64,000 nucleotides of DNA, taken from positions 32,001 to 96,000 of the forward strand of contig JBMORA010000025.1 of NCBI GenBank assembly GCA_049320885.1. The letters are read 5' to 3'. Positions 28,538 to 37,344 of the stretch are shown here, piece by piece. How positions within the stretch are numbered: the first letter of the stretch is position 1; every line of letters starts with the position of its first letter. The notes below the pieces were generated by a model, which saw nothing but the letters and a program-made list of their open reading frames with translations, had not been told where the DNA came from and ran no database searches. This DNA is from Thermodesulfobacteriota bacterium. Lineage in GTDB: Bacteria; Desulfobacterota; Desulfobacteria; Desulfobacterales; SURF-7. Position numbers and translations under genes: made by a program.

Positions 28538-29679
28538 AGAAATCCCGTCACCTGTTCCGGACCGCCATGTCCTTGCCGCTCTCTTTCACGCTGCTCTTGC
28601 CGCTCCTTACCGCCTCGGCCGCCGCGGACACCCAACGATTCCGCAGCCGCATCGATCAACCCTTCACCGGCAGCCAGTCACCGGACGACGCGCGGATGGC
28701 GGCCGTGGCCAAGGCGAAATTCGAAACCCTGGAAAAGGCCGGCACCTATATGGAATCCCTTGCCGTTGTGGAAAAAAATGTCCTCACCCGGGATGAAATC
28801 ACGGCCATCGCCGCCGGCATCCTGAAAACCGTCATCAATTCCCAAAAAAACTACGCCACCGATCATGGTTTCGGCATCATTCTCGAAACCGAAATCGAAG
28901 TCGATACGGGCGTGCTGGATGAGCGCATCCGCAACCTGTCCGGGGACCGTCCGGCCCTGAAAAAACACCAGGAAGTCAGCCAGCGCGAAAAGGAATTGCT
29001 CGACATCATCCGGAAACTGGAAGAGCAGAACAAGGATCTCTTGAAAATGTCCGGCCCGGTGGACCAGGAACGCAGGGATTCCCTCAACGAGGACCTGCAT
29101 ATGGCCGTGAAGGCCCTGCCGGCCGCTGAATGGAACCGGAAGGCCATCGACCTGTGGCATAAAGGCGGCTACAGCGACCCGCAGCAGGCGCTGCGGTATC
29201 TGAATGAATCCATCCGCCTCGATCCGAAAAATCCCAAGGCGTATAACAACCGCGGCGCCGCCTATTTCAGCATGGGTGCCTATGAGCAGGCCGTCCGGGA
29301 TTACGACGAGGCCGTCCGGCTGGACGGGGACTACGCGGATGCCTTGAACAATCGCGGCATCACTCTTTTCCGGCTGCGGCGGTACAAACCGGCCGTCACG
29401 GATTTTGACCGGGTGACGGCGTTGAAACCGAACTGGGTCGAAGCCTATCTGCACAGGGCCGAATGCTACAAAAACCTCTGGCAATACGACCGCGCCCTGG
29501 AAAACTACACCCAGGCCACCCGCATCACCCCCGCTCCCGCGGAAAGCGACCAAAACCGGGACAGCGCCCTGATCATCCTGAACGAAATCGACGAACTGTG
29601 CAATAAGGCCCGCAAGGCCTGCAAGTTGGGACTTTGCGACGCCATGCTGGAACTGGATTCAAGGGGGTTCTGTCAATAG
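28534..29679 (+). CDS. Exported tetratricopeptide-repeat protein
   Basis: Signal peptide ending ASAAA, coiled coil, TPR motifs AYNNRGAAY, ALNNRG, AYLHRA. ATG 28534 overlaps the MFS stop. Confidence 0.85.
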   Translation: MKKSRHLFRTAMSLPLSFTLLLPLLTASAAADTQRFRSRIDQPFTGSQSPDDARMAAVAKAKFETLEKAGTYMESLAVVEKNVLTRDEITAIAAGILKTVINSQKNYATDHGFGIILETEIEVDTGVLDERIRNLSGDRPALKKHQEVSQREKELLDIIRKLEEQNKDLLKMSGPVDQERRDSLNEDLHMAVKALPAAEWNRKAIDLWHKGGYSDPQQALRYLNESIRLDPKNPKAYNNRGAAYFSMGAYEQAVRDYDEAVRLDGDYADALNNRGITLFRLRRYKPAVTDFDRVTALKPNWVEAYLHRAECYKNLWQYDRALENYTQATRITPAPAESDQNRDSALIILNEIDELCNKARKACKLGLCDAMLELDSRGFCQ

Positions 29680-29695
29680 ACGGACATCCCCGCGT

Positions 29696-30541
29696 CTAAA
29701 AATTCACCACCGCCTTCAACGGTACCGGCGGGTAGATCTGCCCGTGACAGGGCGGCATGGAGTTGTACACCCAATCGATATCCACCACTCCCAGCCGGAC
29801 CATTCGGTGAATGGAAGTCCCCCGGTAACGGCCGCGCACGAGCACATCCTCCATGGCCATGGTCAGGCCGAAAACCGCCACCTCCGAATCCTTGGGTATC
29901 CGGGCGAGTTCCGCGCCGAAGGCCTGGAGGGAGAACGTCAGCCTTCTGCTGTCCGCCGCCTGGCACTGAATGGCCGGCAGAATCACCGGATAGCCGTCCG
30001 CGCCCACATAGGCGATGAATTTCAGGGCGTCCAGGCGGTTGAAAATCTCCTCGGCGAAAGGTTTGAGGATTCGGCCGCCCCTGTCGCCCGCCGCACCGCC
30101 CTTGGCCAGTTTCGTCAGCAGCGCGGCCTTGACAATCCGGCCCATGGGCAGGGCCTCTCCCTCCGACACGGCGACCAAATCCAGATAATGGACGGTGTTG
30201 ATGCCGAAATAGGCGTTGTACCGGAAGGTCGGCAGATCGTTGTATTGCTCATATTCAGGTCCCTCGCCGCGCGAATGGGTCCAGCAGGCCTTGCCGCGCC
30301 ACATCCGGCGGTCCATGGTCATGATCAGAAAACCCACCTGATGCCGCTGCCGGATATGCGTCTTGCTGCTGCCCTTACAGAATTCCCCCAGGGTGAGTTG
30401 GCCGGGACCCGCGGCCCGGATGGACGTAATCAGGGTGATGTGGGGCAATCCTGCCGGATCGACGGTGGCGACCAGTCCGACCTTCTCAGCCGGCATGAAG
30501 GCTTTGATTTCCTCCGGATTCAATGTTCTTTGCTGCAACAT
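29696..30541 (-). CDS. Tandem pyridoxamine-5'-phosphate-oxidase-like (FMN split-barrel) domain protein
   Basis: Two related halves, KVGLVATVDPAGLPHI and KFIAYVGADGYPVI. ATG 30541 with RBS aaggaga. Confidence 0.7.
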   Translation of the reverse strand: MLQQRTLNPEEIKAFMPAEKVGLVATVDPAGLPHITLITSIRAAGPGQLTLGEFCKGSSKTHIRQRHQVGFLIMTMDRRMWRGKACWTHSRGEGPEYEQYNDLPTFRYNAYFGINTVHYLDLVAVSEGEALPMGRIVKAALLTKLAKGGAAGDRGGRILKPFAEEIFNRLDALKFIAYVGADGYPVILPAIQCQAADSRRLTFSLQAFGAELARIPKDSEVAVFGLTMAMEDVLVRGRYRGTSIHRMVRLGVVDIDWVYNSMPPCHGQIYPPVPLKAVVNF

Positions 30542-30555
30542 GGCGTTTCTCCTTT

Positions 30556-31566
30556 TCAACCGCTTATCATTTCCCTTGCGGACTGTCGCGCGTCCATCCG
30601 CGTCGCTCCGCTCCAATGGACAATATCGGGATCCACCCCGGAGGCTCGGGCGGTTTCAAACAGCTCGATCATCCGCGCGGTTTCCAGCAATCCCTGGTCC
30701 CTGTAAGGCCATTCCCGATCCAAACGCAGGTATTTGTCCCGGCAGAGATTGTTGAAGGCGCACAAATCCCAGCGGGCCACCTTGCCTCTCAGATGTTCCG
30801 CGATGAACCGGCCGATACCCAGGATATTTTCCCTTCTGTCGGTGGCCATGGGAATGATCGGCGTGCGAATCCACAGCTCCCGGGGATACAGGTGGGTGCC
30901 CATGAATTCGGCCGTATGCATCAGATTTCCCAAGATGGTCCGGTTGGAATGACCGGTCCAGGCCGCATGCCTGTCCGGATCGATTTCCTTGATATCGTAG
31001 AGCACCAGATTGGCATAGGGCAGCAGGGAATCAAGAACCTCTCCGGACACCATTCCGCAGGTATCCAGGGCCGTATGAACGCCGTGCTCTCGCAGACGAC
31101 CCAAAAAAGCCGCGACGAACGGGGCCTGGAGCCCCGGCTCGCCCCCCGATACGGTCACGCCGCCGTCGGACTGCCGGAAATAGGCCCGGTCCTTCAGGAC
31201 CTCATAAAGCAATTCCTCCAAAGCCCACTCCCTGCCGATCACCTCCATGGCCGTGGAAGGGCAGGCTTCGGCGCATCTGCCGCAACCGTTGCAGATCAGG
31301 CGGTCGATCTTCATACCCTGAGGCGACAGGACCAGGGCTGCCTCCGGACACGCTTCCAGGCAGGTGCGGCAGGCAATGCAGCGATTGGCGATCCACTGGA
31401 CCTGGGGCCGGGGCGAAATGCTTTCCGGGTTATGGCACCAGACGCATTTCAGACTGCATCCCTTGAAAAAAACCGTGGTACGGATTCCGGGACCATCCTC
31501 GGTGGACATCCGCTGAATCTCGAAGATCCGCCCGGCGGCGAATTCATTCGTCTTGGGGACCGGCAT
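30556..31566 (-). CDS. Glycyl-radical enzyme activating enzyme (radical SAM with ferredoxin insert)
   Basis: DGPGIRTTVFFKGCSLKCVWCHNPES, CIACRTCLEACP, CNGCGRCAEACP, GGVTVSGGEP. Confidence 0.95.
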   Translation of the reverse strand: MPVPKTNEFAAGRIFEIQRMSTEDGPGIRTTVFFKGCSLKCVWCHNPESISPRPQVQWIANRCIACRTCLEACPEAALVLSPQGMKIDRLICNGCGRCAEACPSTAMEVIGREWALEELLYEVLKDRAYFRQSDGGVTVSGGEPGLQAPFVAAFLGRLREHGVHTALDTCGMVSGEVLDSLLPYANLVLYDIKEIDPDRHAAWTGHSNRTILGNLMHTAEFMGTHLYPRELWIRTPIIPMATDRRENILGIGRFIAEHLRGKVARWDLCAFNNLCRDKYLRLDREWPYRDQGLLETARMIELFETARASGVDPDIVHWSGATRMDARQSAREMISG

Positions 31567-31577
31567 GCCTTCCGCTC

Positions 31578-34091
31578 CTAAAACCGGTTGTGGCTCACGC
31601 GCTGGATGATTTCATTCTGCAGTTCCTTGCCGACGGTGGTGAAATAGGCGTTGTAACCCGTCACCCGTACCAGCAGATGCCGGTAATCCATGGGTTTTTC
31701 CTGGGCATCCCGGAGCATTTGCGGATCGAGCATATTGATCTGCAAGGCCGAGCCGCCGTTTTCCGCATATCCCCGGAGAAACGCCTTGAACTTTTTCCGA
31801 TGCTCCGGGTCCTTGAGAATCGAGGGATTGAAGGTGATGGTATGGCTGGCGCCGTTGGGCAGACTGCTGAGATAATCGCCCCAGTCGCCGTTCCCGGCGG
31901 ATCTTCCCCCGAGTACCTTCCCCACCGAGTTGGCGTTGGAAGTCGGACCGTGGATATCAGCGCCGTTGGACGGGCAAATGGCGTTGGAAAGGAACTGCCC
32001 CTGCCGGCGTCCGTCGGGGCTGGCCGCCATGATATAGCCGTCGCCGGCCCAGTAGTTCCAGCTGAGCATTCCGGGACGATAACGGCGGCCGGTGGAACGG
32101 GTCCGGTGCTTCCAGGTTTCGGCGCACCAGAGCTCCATCACCCTCTTTCCCATTTCGTCCGCCTCGTCATCGTCCCGGCCGTATTTGGGGGCCTTGTTCT
32201 TCGCCAGCGCCTGCAACACGTCAAATCCCTCCCAATTGGCGGCGAGGGCCCGGATCAACTCGGCCATGGTGCATTTCTTCTGATCGAACACCAGGTACTT
32301 GACGGCCAGCAGGGAATCCACCGTGGTGGCGAAAGTGACGGCCTCCAGGGTGGTGAGACTGATCTCCGCCCCCCCCCGGGTGATGTCGCACGCCTTGGAG
32401 GCACAGCCTCTCACCAGGCATGACAGATACGGAGTGGGGAAATATCGCGCCCGGATCGCTTCGGAACTCTCGTGGACATCGACGCATTTTTGGATAATAT
32501 AGGCCGTCTGTTGCGCATAGGCCTCCCAGAATTGCTCCCAGCGGCTAAAGCGGGAGGCATCGCCTGTCCGCGGGCCGTCCTGCCGGATGGGTTCGGTCTT
32601 GCCGGTCAAGGGATTGGTGAATGGCAACAGATCCCGGCCGCCGGTCAGGGCCAGTTCCACCGCCTTGAGCAGGTTCAGGTTGTTGTCCACGGTTCCGGAA
32701 CGGTCGTTGCCTACCATGGTGTTTTCCAGGCACCCCACCGGTGCGTAGTCGTACACGTTTTCCGGATGGATCTTGTCGCTGGCGCCGATCATTTCGGCTT
32801 CGCGCATCAGTCCGGCCATGGACCTTTCATCGAAATTCAGCAGAAAAGGGGAACCCTGGCTGTCGGCGATCATGGCCACCAGCTTGTCGAGAAGTTCTTC
32901 CGGCGATCGCCGGTGAATTCTCACATTGGGTTTGGGTTCCAGAATGGGACTCATTTCGTCGATGACTTCCAGCAGGGCGTACGTCAGATCATTGGTCCGG
33001 TCCGCGCCGCCTTTTCCCATGCCGGAAAGGGTCAGCAGCTGGCCGAAACCGGCGGTAATGCCCTGGTGGCCGTTCCGAATCATGGCGTCATAGGCGGTAT
33101 TGCAATGGATCCAGAAGCATTTGAGAATTTCCTTGCCGAATTCACGGTCCATCCCGTTTTCCAGGGAAAAATTCCAATAGGGCAGCAGGTATTGGTCGAT
33201 GCGGCCGAAGGAAACACCCGGTCCCGGGTAATTCTCATCGCTCATGATCAGCATGTGGTTGATCCAGAGAGCTTGAACCGCTTCCCAGAAGGTTTCCGGC
33301 GGCTCCCAGGGTACGCGGGCGAGATTCTTCTCCATCTGGAGCAGTTCCGCCTTGCGCCCGGGATCTGTTTCCGTCTTCGCGAGATCCCGGCAGACTCCGG
33401 CATACCGCTGGGCCAGTTCCTTGGGCATGGTGGCGGCCGTCATCATGGCGCGCAGCTGGTCGCCGGAAGCACCCTTGCGCTCGGGGCCGCTCAAACCGGC
33501 GTACTTTGTTTCAAGATCGGCGTAAATCCCCTTCCAGCCCAGGAGGAGCGCCCGCTCATGATCCGGAACCAGGTGGCCGCTGGTGGCGCCCGCGTTGCCG
33601 TACCCATGATCGTGGAACCATTTCACCTGATGGCGGGCTCCATTTTTCCCGATGGTGAGCCGGTCGTATTCTTTTCTTTCCTTGCGGGTCAAACACATGG
33701 ATGTCTGCAGATTGAACCTGGCCCCGGCGATCAGGTCCCCGGGCAGGATCTCCCGGGGCACGTAATTCACCATGGTTTCCTTCACGAACCAGGCCCTGCG
33801 CTCCACCAGGCTGCGGGTCCAGAAATCATCCGGCAGGGCTACGGGCCTGGCCGCCTGATGAAAGGATCCTTTCATGGTCTGCAGCAGCAGATAGGTCTCG
33901 GGAACGATATAATAGGTGATTTCATTGAACTGGAGATCCCAGGGTGTGCCGGTGGTCCAGGCGGTGAATTCATTGTTCCAGGCTCTCTCGACACCTGCGA
34001 AATAGTAATCCCTCAGCCATTGAATCCGGGGGGACAAGCCTTTCGGTTGTTTCAGTTCCGGGGTCAGGGCCCGTGCGGTCGCGGAATGCAT
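31578..34091 (-). CDS. Glycyl radical enzyme (PFL superfamily), substrate unknown
   Basis: 837 aa with SFGRIDQYL, Cys loop VGCLEN, PKYGRDDDEAD and Gly loop LLVRVTGYNAYF. RBS gaggagg. Confidence 0.93.
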   Translation of the reverse strand: MHSATARALTPELKQPKGLSPRIQWLRDYYFAGVERAWNNEFTAWTTGTPWDLQFNEITYYIVPETYLLLQTMKGSFHQAARPVALPDDFWTRSLVERRAWFVKETMVNYVPREILPGDLIAGARFNLQTSMCLTRKERKEYDRLTIGKNGARHQVKWFHDHGYGNAGATSGHLVPDHERALLLGWKGIYADLETKYAGLSGPERKGASGDQLRAMMTAATMPKELAQRYAGVCRDLAKTETDPGRKAELLQMEKNLARVPWEPPETFWEAVQALWINHMLIMSDENYPGPGVSFGRIDQYLLPYWNFSLENGMDREFGKEILKCFWIHCNTAYDAMIRNGHQGITAGFGQLLTLSGMGKGGADRTNDLTYALLEVIDEMSPILEPKPNVRIHRRSPEELLDKLVAMIADSQGSPFLLNFDERSMAGLMREAEMIGASDKIHPENVYDYAPVGCLENTMVGNDRSGTVDNNLNLLKAVELALTGGRDLLPFTNPLTGKTEPIRQDGPRTGDASRFSRWEQFWEAYAQQTAYIIQKCVDVHESSEAIRARYFPTPYLSCLVRGCASKACDITRGGAEISLTTLEAVTFATTVDSLLAVKYLVFDQKKCTMAELIRALAANWEGFDVLQALAKNKAPKYGRDDDEADEMGKRVMELWCAETWKHRTRSTGRRYRPGMLSWNYWAGDGYIMAASPDGRRQGQFLSNAICPSNGADIHGPTSNANSVGKVLGGRSAGNGDWGDYLSSLPNGASHTITFNPSILKDPEHRKKFKAFLRGYAENGGSALQINMLDPQMLRDAQEKPMDYRHLLVRVTGYNAYFTTVGKELQNEIIQRVSHNRF

Positions 34092-34103
34092 GGTGACACC
34101 TCC

Positions 34104-34826
34104 TCACCTGGTAATGATGACCCGCAGGCGTTCCTCGCCATGTTCGAGCAGACGCCTCATCGCGGCCATCGCCTGTTGTTGGTTGCGCTCCGCCAGGGCA
34201 TCGAGCAGCTCATGATGTCCGGCGATCACGATGGGAACAACGCCCGGTTCGCGGAAAAATTGCCCGGACAGATTGGTATACACCGGTTTGAACGAATTCA
34301 GCAGCAGGGGGTAGCTTTGATTGTCCGTGGCCATGGCGATCAGATGATGGAAATCGAAATCCAGCCTGGTCAGCCGGTCGATATCCCCCGGATCGGCGGC
34401 CTCTTCCGCCAGAATGATTTCCCGGAGGGACCGCAGCTGTTCCTGGGTGCGATTCAGGGCTGCCAGGCGGGCGTTTTCCACTTCGAAGAGAATCCGCATG
34501 GCCAGCAGACCGTCGAGCAGTTTGGGGGCCAGCCGGCCCTGATGGTAGGTCAGCAGAGACGTCAGCAAGGCGATGGAGCCTTCCCGGCGATAATCGTTCA
34601 CCACCGTTCCCACCCGGGGGATCAGGGAAACCAGGCCTTTGGCGGCGATGTCCACCAGCGCCTCGTGGACCACCGGCCGGCTGACGCCCAGTTTCTGGGC
34701 CAGCTCCCTTTCCGGCGGCAGTTTCTGACCGACGCCGAGGACGCCGGACAAGATCCATTCTTCCAGGCGATGGGCGCAGACCTCTTTCAGGCTCCGGGTT
34801 TTGACCGGTTTGAGCATGTCGAGCAT
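34104..34826 (-). CDS. GntR/FadR family transcriptional regulator
   Basis: KLPPERELAQKLGVSRPVVHEAL HTH and FCD domain DFDFHHLIA...N. Confidence 0.93.
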   Translation of the reverse strand: MLDMLKPVKTRSLKEVCAHRLEEWILSGVLGVGQKLPPERELAQKLGVSRPVVHEALVDIAAKGLVSLIPRVGTVVNDYRREGSIALLTSLLTYHQGRLAPKLLDGLLAMRILFEVENARLAALNRTQEQLRSLREIILAEEAADPGDIDRLTRLDFDFHHLIAMATDNQSYPLLLNSFKPVYTNLSGQFFREPGVVPIVIAGHHELLDALAERNQQQAMAAMRRLLEHGEERLRVIITR

Positions 34827-34848
34827 GATTCCCCTTCCTTCTGGCTGG

Positions 34849-34988
34849 TGGTAATACCAGACTAACCGTCTCCAAAGGACAAGTCAAGCGCTTTTTTTCC
34901 CGCCACTCGGCGACTTCCGTCCCGGCATTGATCTTTTGTTCCTGCCATGGTATGGCCAGTTCATTTGTCGTTATCGATAGTATCACCA
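34849..34988. promoter_or_regulatory. Three FadR/PdhR-type operator boxes (TGGT-N3-ACCA)
   Basis: TGGTAATACCA 34849-34859 (perfect), TGGTATGGCCA 34948-34958 and TAGTATCACCA 34978-34988 (one mismatch each). Confidence 0.7.
34859..34887 (-). promoter_or_regulatory. Putative sigma-70 promoter of the gntR-GRE operon
   Basis: Minus strand TTGACT (34887-34882), 17 bp, TAGTCT (34864-34859), directly followed by the perfect operator box. Confidence 0.55.
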
Positions 34989-35048
34989 ATCCGATTTCAA
35001 CCCAGACCCGTTCCATCACGAAAAAAACAACCAAAAAAGGAGGGTAGG

Positions 35049-36239
35049 ATGCGAAAGAGTGCATATCTGATTCTGGCGGTGCTCGTGGCAGGTTTCTGCA
35101 TGTCGTCCGATGCCTTCGGCTTCAAATGGCCCTGGCAGAAAACCAAAACCATCAAGATCGGCATCAATGCCGAGATCACCGGCGACATCCCCAAGGTGGG
35201 CGAAAGCACCAAATTCGCGGCCCAGATGTGGCTGGAGGATATCAACGCCGGCGGCGGGATCGAGGTGGGTGGCAAGAAATACCCCGTGGAGCTGGTCATC
35301 GAGGACAACGAATCCAAGGCCGAAACTGCCGTCAAGGCCAACACCAAAATGATCACCGAGGATGAAGTCCTGGCCATCGTCGGCCCCCAGGCCTCCAAAC
35401 AGGCCATTCCGGCGGGCGAGGTGGCCAACAATTACCGGACCCCCATGATCAGCCCCTGGTCCACCAACCCGGACACCACCAAGAACCGGCCTTTTGTTTT
35501 CCGGGCCTGCTTCCTCGATCCGTTTCAGGGACCGGTGCTGGCCAACTTCATCAAGGAGGAATTCGGTTTCACCAAGGCCGCCGTGCTCTATGACGTGGCC
35601 AGCGATTACCCCAAGGGACTGGCCGAGTTTTTCAAGAAATCCTGGGAAGAACTGCACGGTCCGGGATCGGTGACGGCCTATGAGAGTTTCACCACCAAGG
35701 ACGCCGACTTCAGCTCCCAGCTGACCAAGATCATCAACTCCGGCGCCGAAGTGCTGTTCACCCCCCAGTATTACAATGAAGTGGCCCTGATCGTTCAGCA
35801 GGCCCACGAGCTCGGCTGGAAAGGCCCCATCGTCGGCAGCGACAGCTGGGGCTCGGCCGAAACCGTCAAGCTCTGCGGCAAGGACTGTTACGGCCTGTTC
35901 TTCAGCACCCACTACGCCGCCGCCGGGGCCACCGGCGCCACCAAGGACTTCATTGACCGGTACAACGCCAAGTACGGCTATGTCCCGGATGATCCCGGCG
36001 CCCTGACCTGGGACGCCATCCGGATCGTCCAGACCGCCATCCAGAATTGCGGTGCGCTGACCGGCGACATCGAAAAGGATCGCCTCTGCGTCCGGGACGC
36101 CTTGGCCAAAATCCAGGAATTCGACGGCATCACCGGCAAGATGACCTTCAAGGGCAGCGGCGATCCGGTCAAATGCGCCGTCATCGTCCGCATCAGCGAC
36201 AAGGGCGAATTCGAATTCTACAAATCCGCCTGCCCGTGA
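35049..36239 (+). CDS. livK: Branched-chain amino-acid-type ABC substrate-binding protein
   Basis: Signal peptide, IKIGINAEITG, VFRACFLDPFQG, DFSSQLTKI, FDGITG. Confidence 0.9.
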   Translation: MRKSAYLILAVLVAGFCMSSDAFGFKWPWQKTKTIKIGINAEITGDIPKVGESTKFAAQMWLEDINAGGGIEVGGKKYPVELVIEDNESKAETAVKANTKMITEDEVLAIVGPQASKQAIPAGEVANNYRTPMISPWSTNPDTTKNRPFVFRACFLDPFQGPVLANFIKEEFGFTKAAVLYDVASDYPKGLAEFFKKSWEELHGPGSVTAYESFTTKDADFSSQLTKIINSGAEVLFTPQYYNEVALIVQQAHELGWKGPIVGSDSWGSAETVKLCGKDCYGLFFSTHYAAAGATGATKDFIDRYNAKYGYVPDDPGALTWDAIRIVQTAIQNCGALTGDIEKDRLCVRDALAKIQEFDGITGKMTFKGSGDPVKCAVIVRISDKGEFEFYKSACP

Positions 36240-36246
36240 TCCGCAA

Positions 36247-36279
36247 CCCTTCACCCGCCGGCGGGTGAAGGGATTTTTT
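36247..36279 (+). terminator. Hairpin plus U tract after livK
   Basis: cccttcacccgccggcgggtgaaggg (26-nt palindrome) followed by atttttt. Confidence 0.7.
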
Positions 36280-36368
36280 GAACCCGGAATCCGATTGGAG
36301 GAAGCCTTCGTTTCCCGCTGGGAAGAAGCTTCCTCCCGCAAACGGTGCGGAAAAGGAGTGAAACGGCG

Positions 36369-37292
36369 ATGGTGTTCTTTTTTCAGAACCTGATCAACGC
36401 CCTGCAATGGGGGAGTTTTTACGCCCTGATCGCCCTGGGTTACTCCATGGTCTACGGCGTGTTGATGCTGTTCAATTTCGCCCACGGCGACATCTTCATG
36501 GTCGGGGCCTATATCGGTTTCGGCGTGGCCGCCGGTTTCATCGCCCTGTCCGCCGGCGCCGCAACGGCCTTGCCCAACTGGTTGATCCTGGTTCTGACGA
36601 TTCTGATCACCATGCTGCTGACCTCATTCGTGGGCGTTCTGGTGGAACGCATCGGCTACCGTCCCCTGCGGGGAGCGCCGCGGGCGTCGGCCGCCATCAC
36701 CGGACTGATGATCGGCATCATCCTGGAAACCGGCAACTTGGCCCTCCTGGGAGCCCGAAGGGTCAGTTTCCCGGCCCTGATCGAAACCGCTACCTATAAT
36801 ATAGGAGGCGTTTTCATCACCAATAAAAAAATCATGATCGTGGCGGTATCCCTCTTGTTCATGATCGCCCTCAGCCAGTTTGTTCACCGGACCAAATGGG
36901 GCATGGCCATGCGCGCAATGGCCTATGACTTCACGGTCATCCCCCTGATGGGGGTGCCGCTCAACACCATCGCCGCCTTGACCTTCGCTCTTGGATCGGC
37001 CCTGGCGGCGGTGGCCGGCATCCTGTTCGGCGTCGCCTATCCGGTTCTGGATCCGTACATGGGGATCGTGTTCGGCTGGAAAGCGTTTGTGGCGGCGATT
37101 TTGGGGGGCCGCGGCTCGATTCTCGGCGCCACCCTGGCGGGATTTCTCCTGGGTTTCATCGAAATTTTCGTGGCCATGATTTTCCCGTCGACATTGCGCG
37201 ATCTCATCGCCTATTCGATCATCCTGCTGATTCTGGTTTTCAAACCCCATGGTTTTTTCGGCGAACCCCACAGCTCGCGCTTGCGGCTGTGA
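36369..37292 (+). CDS. livH: Branched-chain amino-acid ABC permease
   Basis: GSFYALIALGYSMVYG..FNFAHG, GMAMRA, KAFVAAILGG. Confidence 0.92.
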   Translation: MVFFFQNLINALQWGSFYALIALGYSMVYGVLMLFNFAHGDIFMVGAYIGFGVAAGFIALSAGAATALPNWLILVLTILITMLLTSFVGVLVERIGYRPLRGAPRASAAITGLMIGIILETGNLALLGARRVSFPALIETATYNIGGVFITNKKIMIVAVSLLFMIALSQFVHRTKWGMAMRAMAYDFTVIPLMGVPLNTIAALTFALGSALAAVAGILFGVAYPVLDPYMGIVFGWKAFVAAILGGRGSILGATLAGFLLGFIEIFVAMIFPSTLRDLIAYSIILLILVFKPHGFFGEPHSSRLRL

Positions 37293-37344
37293 GGGAAAGT
37301 ACAATTGCAACTGTCCGTAACTTGAATGGAGTCAAAGGGAATCC

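Noticed and set aside
31578..34091. Calling the GRE pyruvate formate-lyase, CutC or HypD
   Set aside because: It lacks the PFL CC pair and the diagnostic neighbouring genes, and I cannot confirm class-specific residues by eye.
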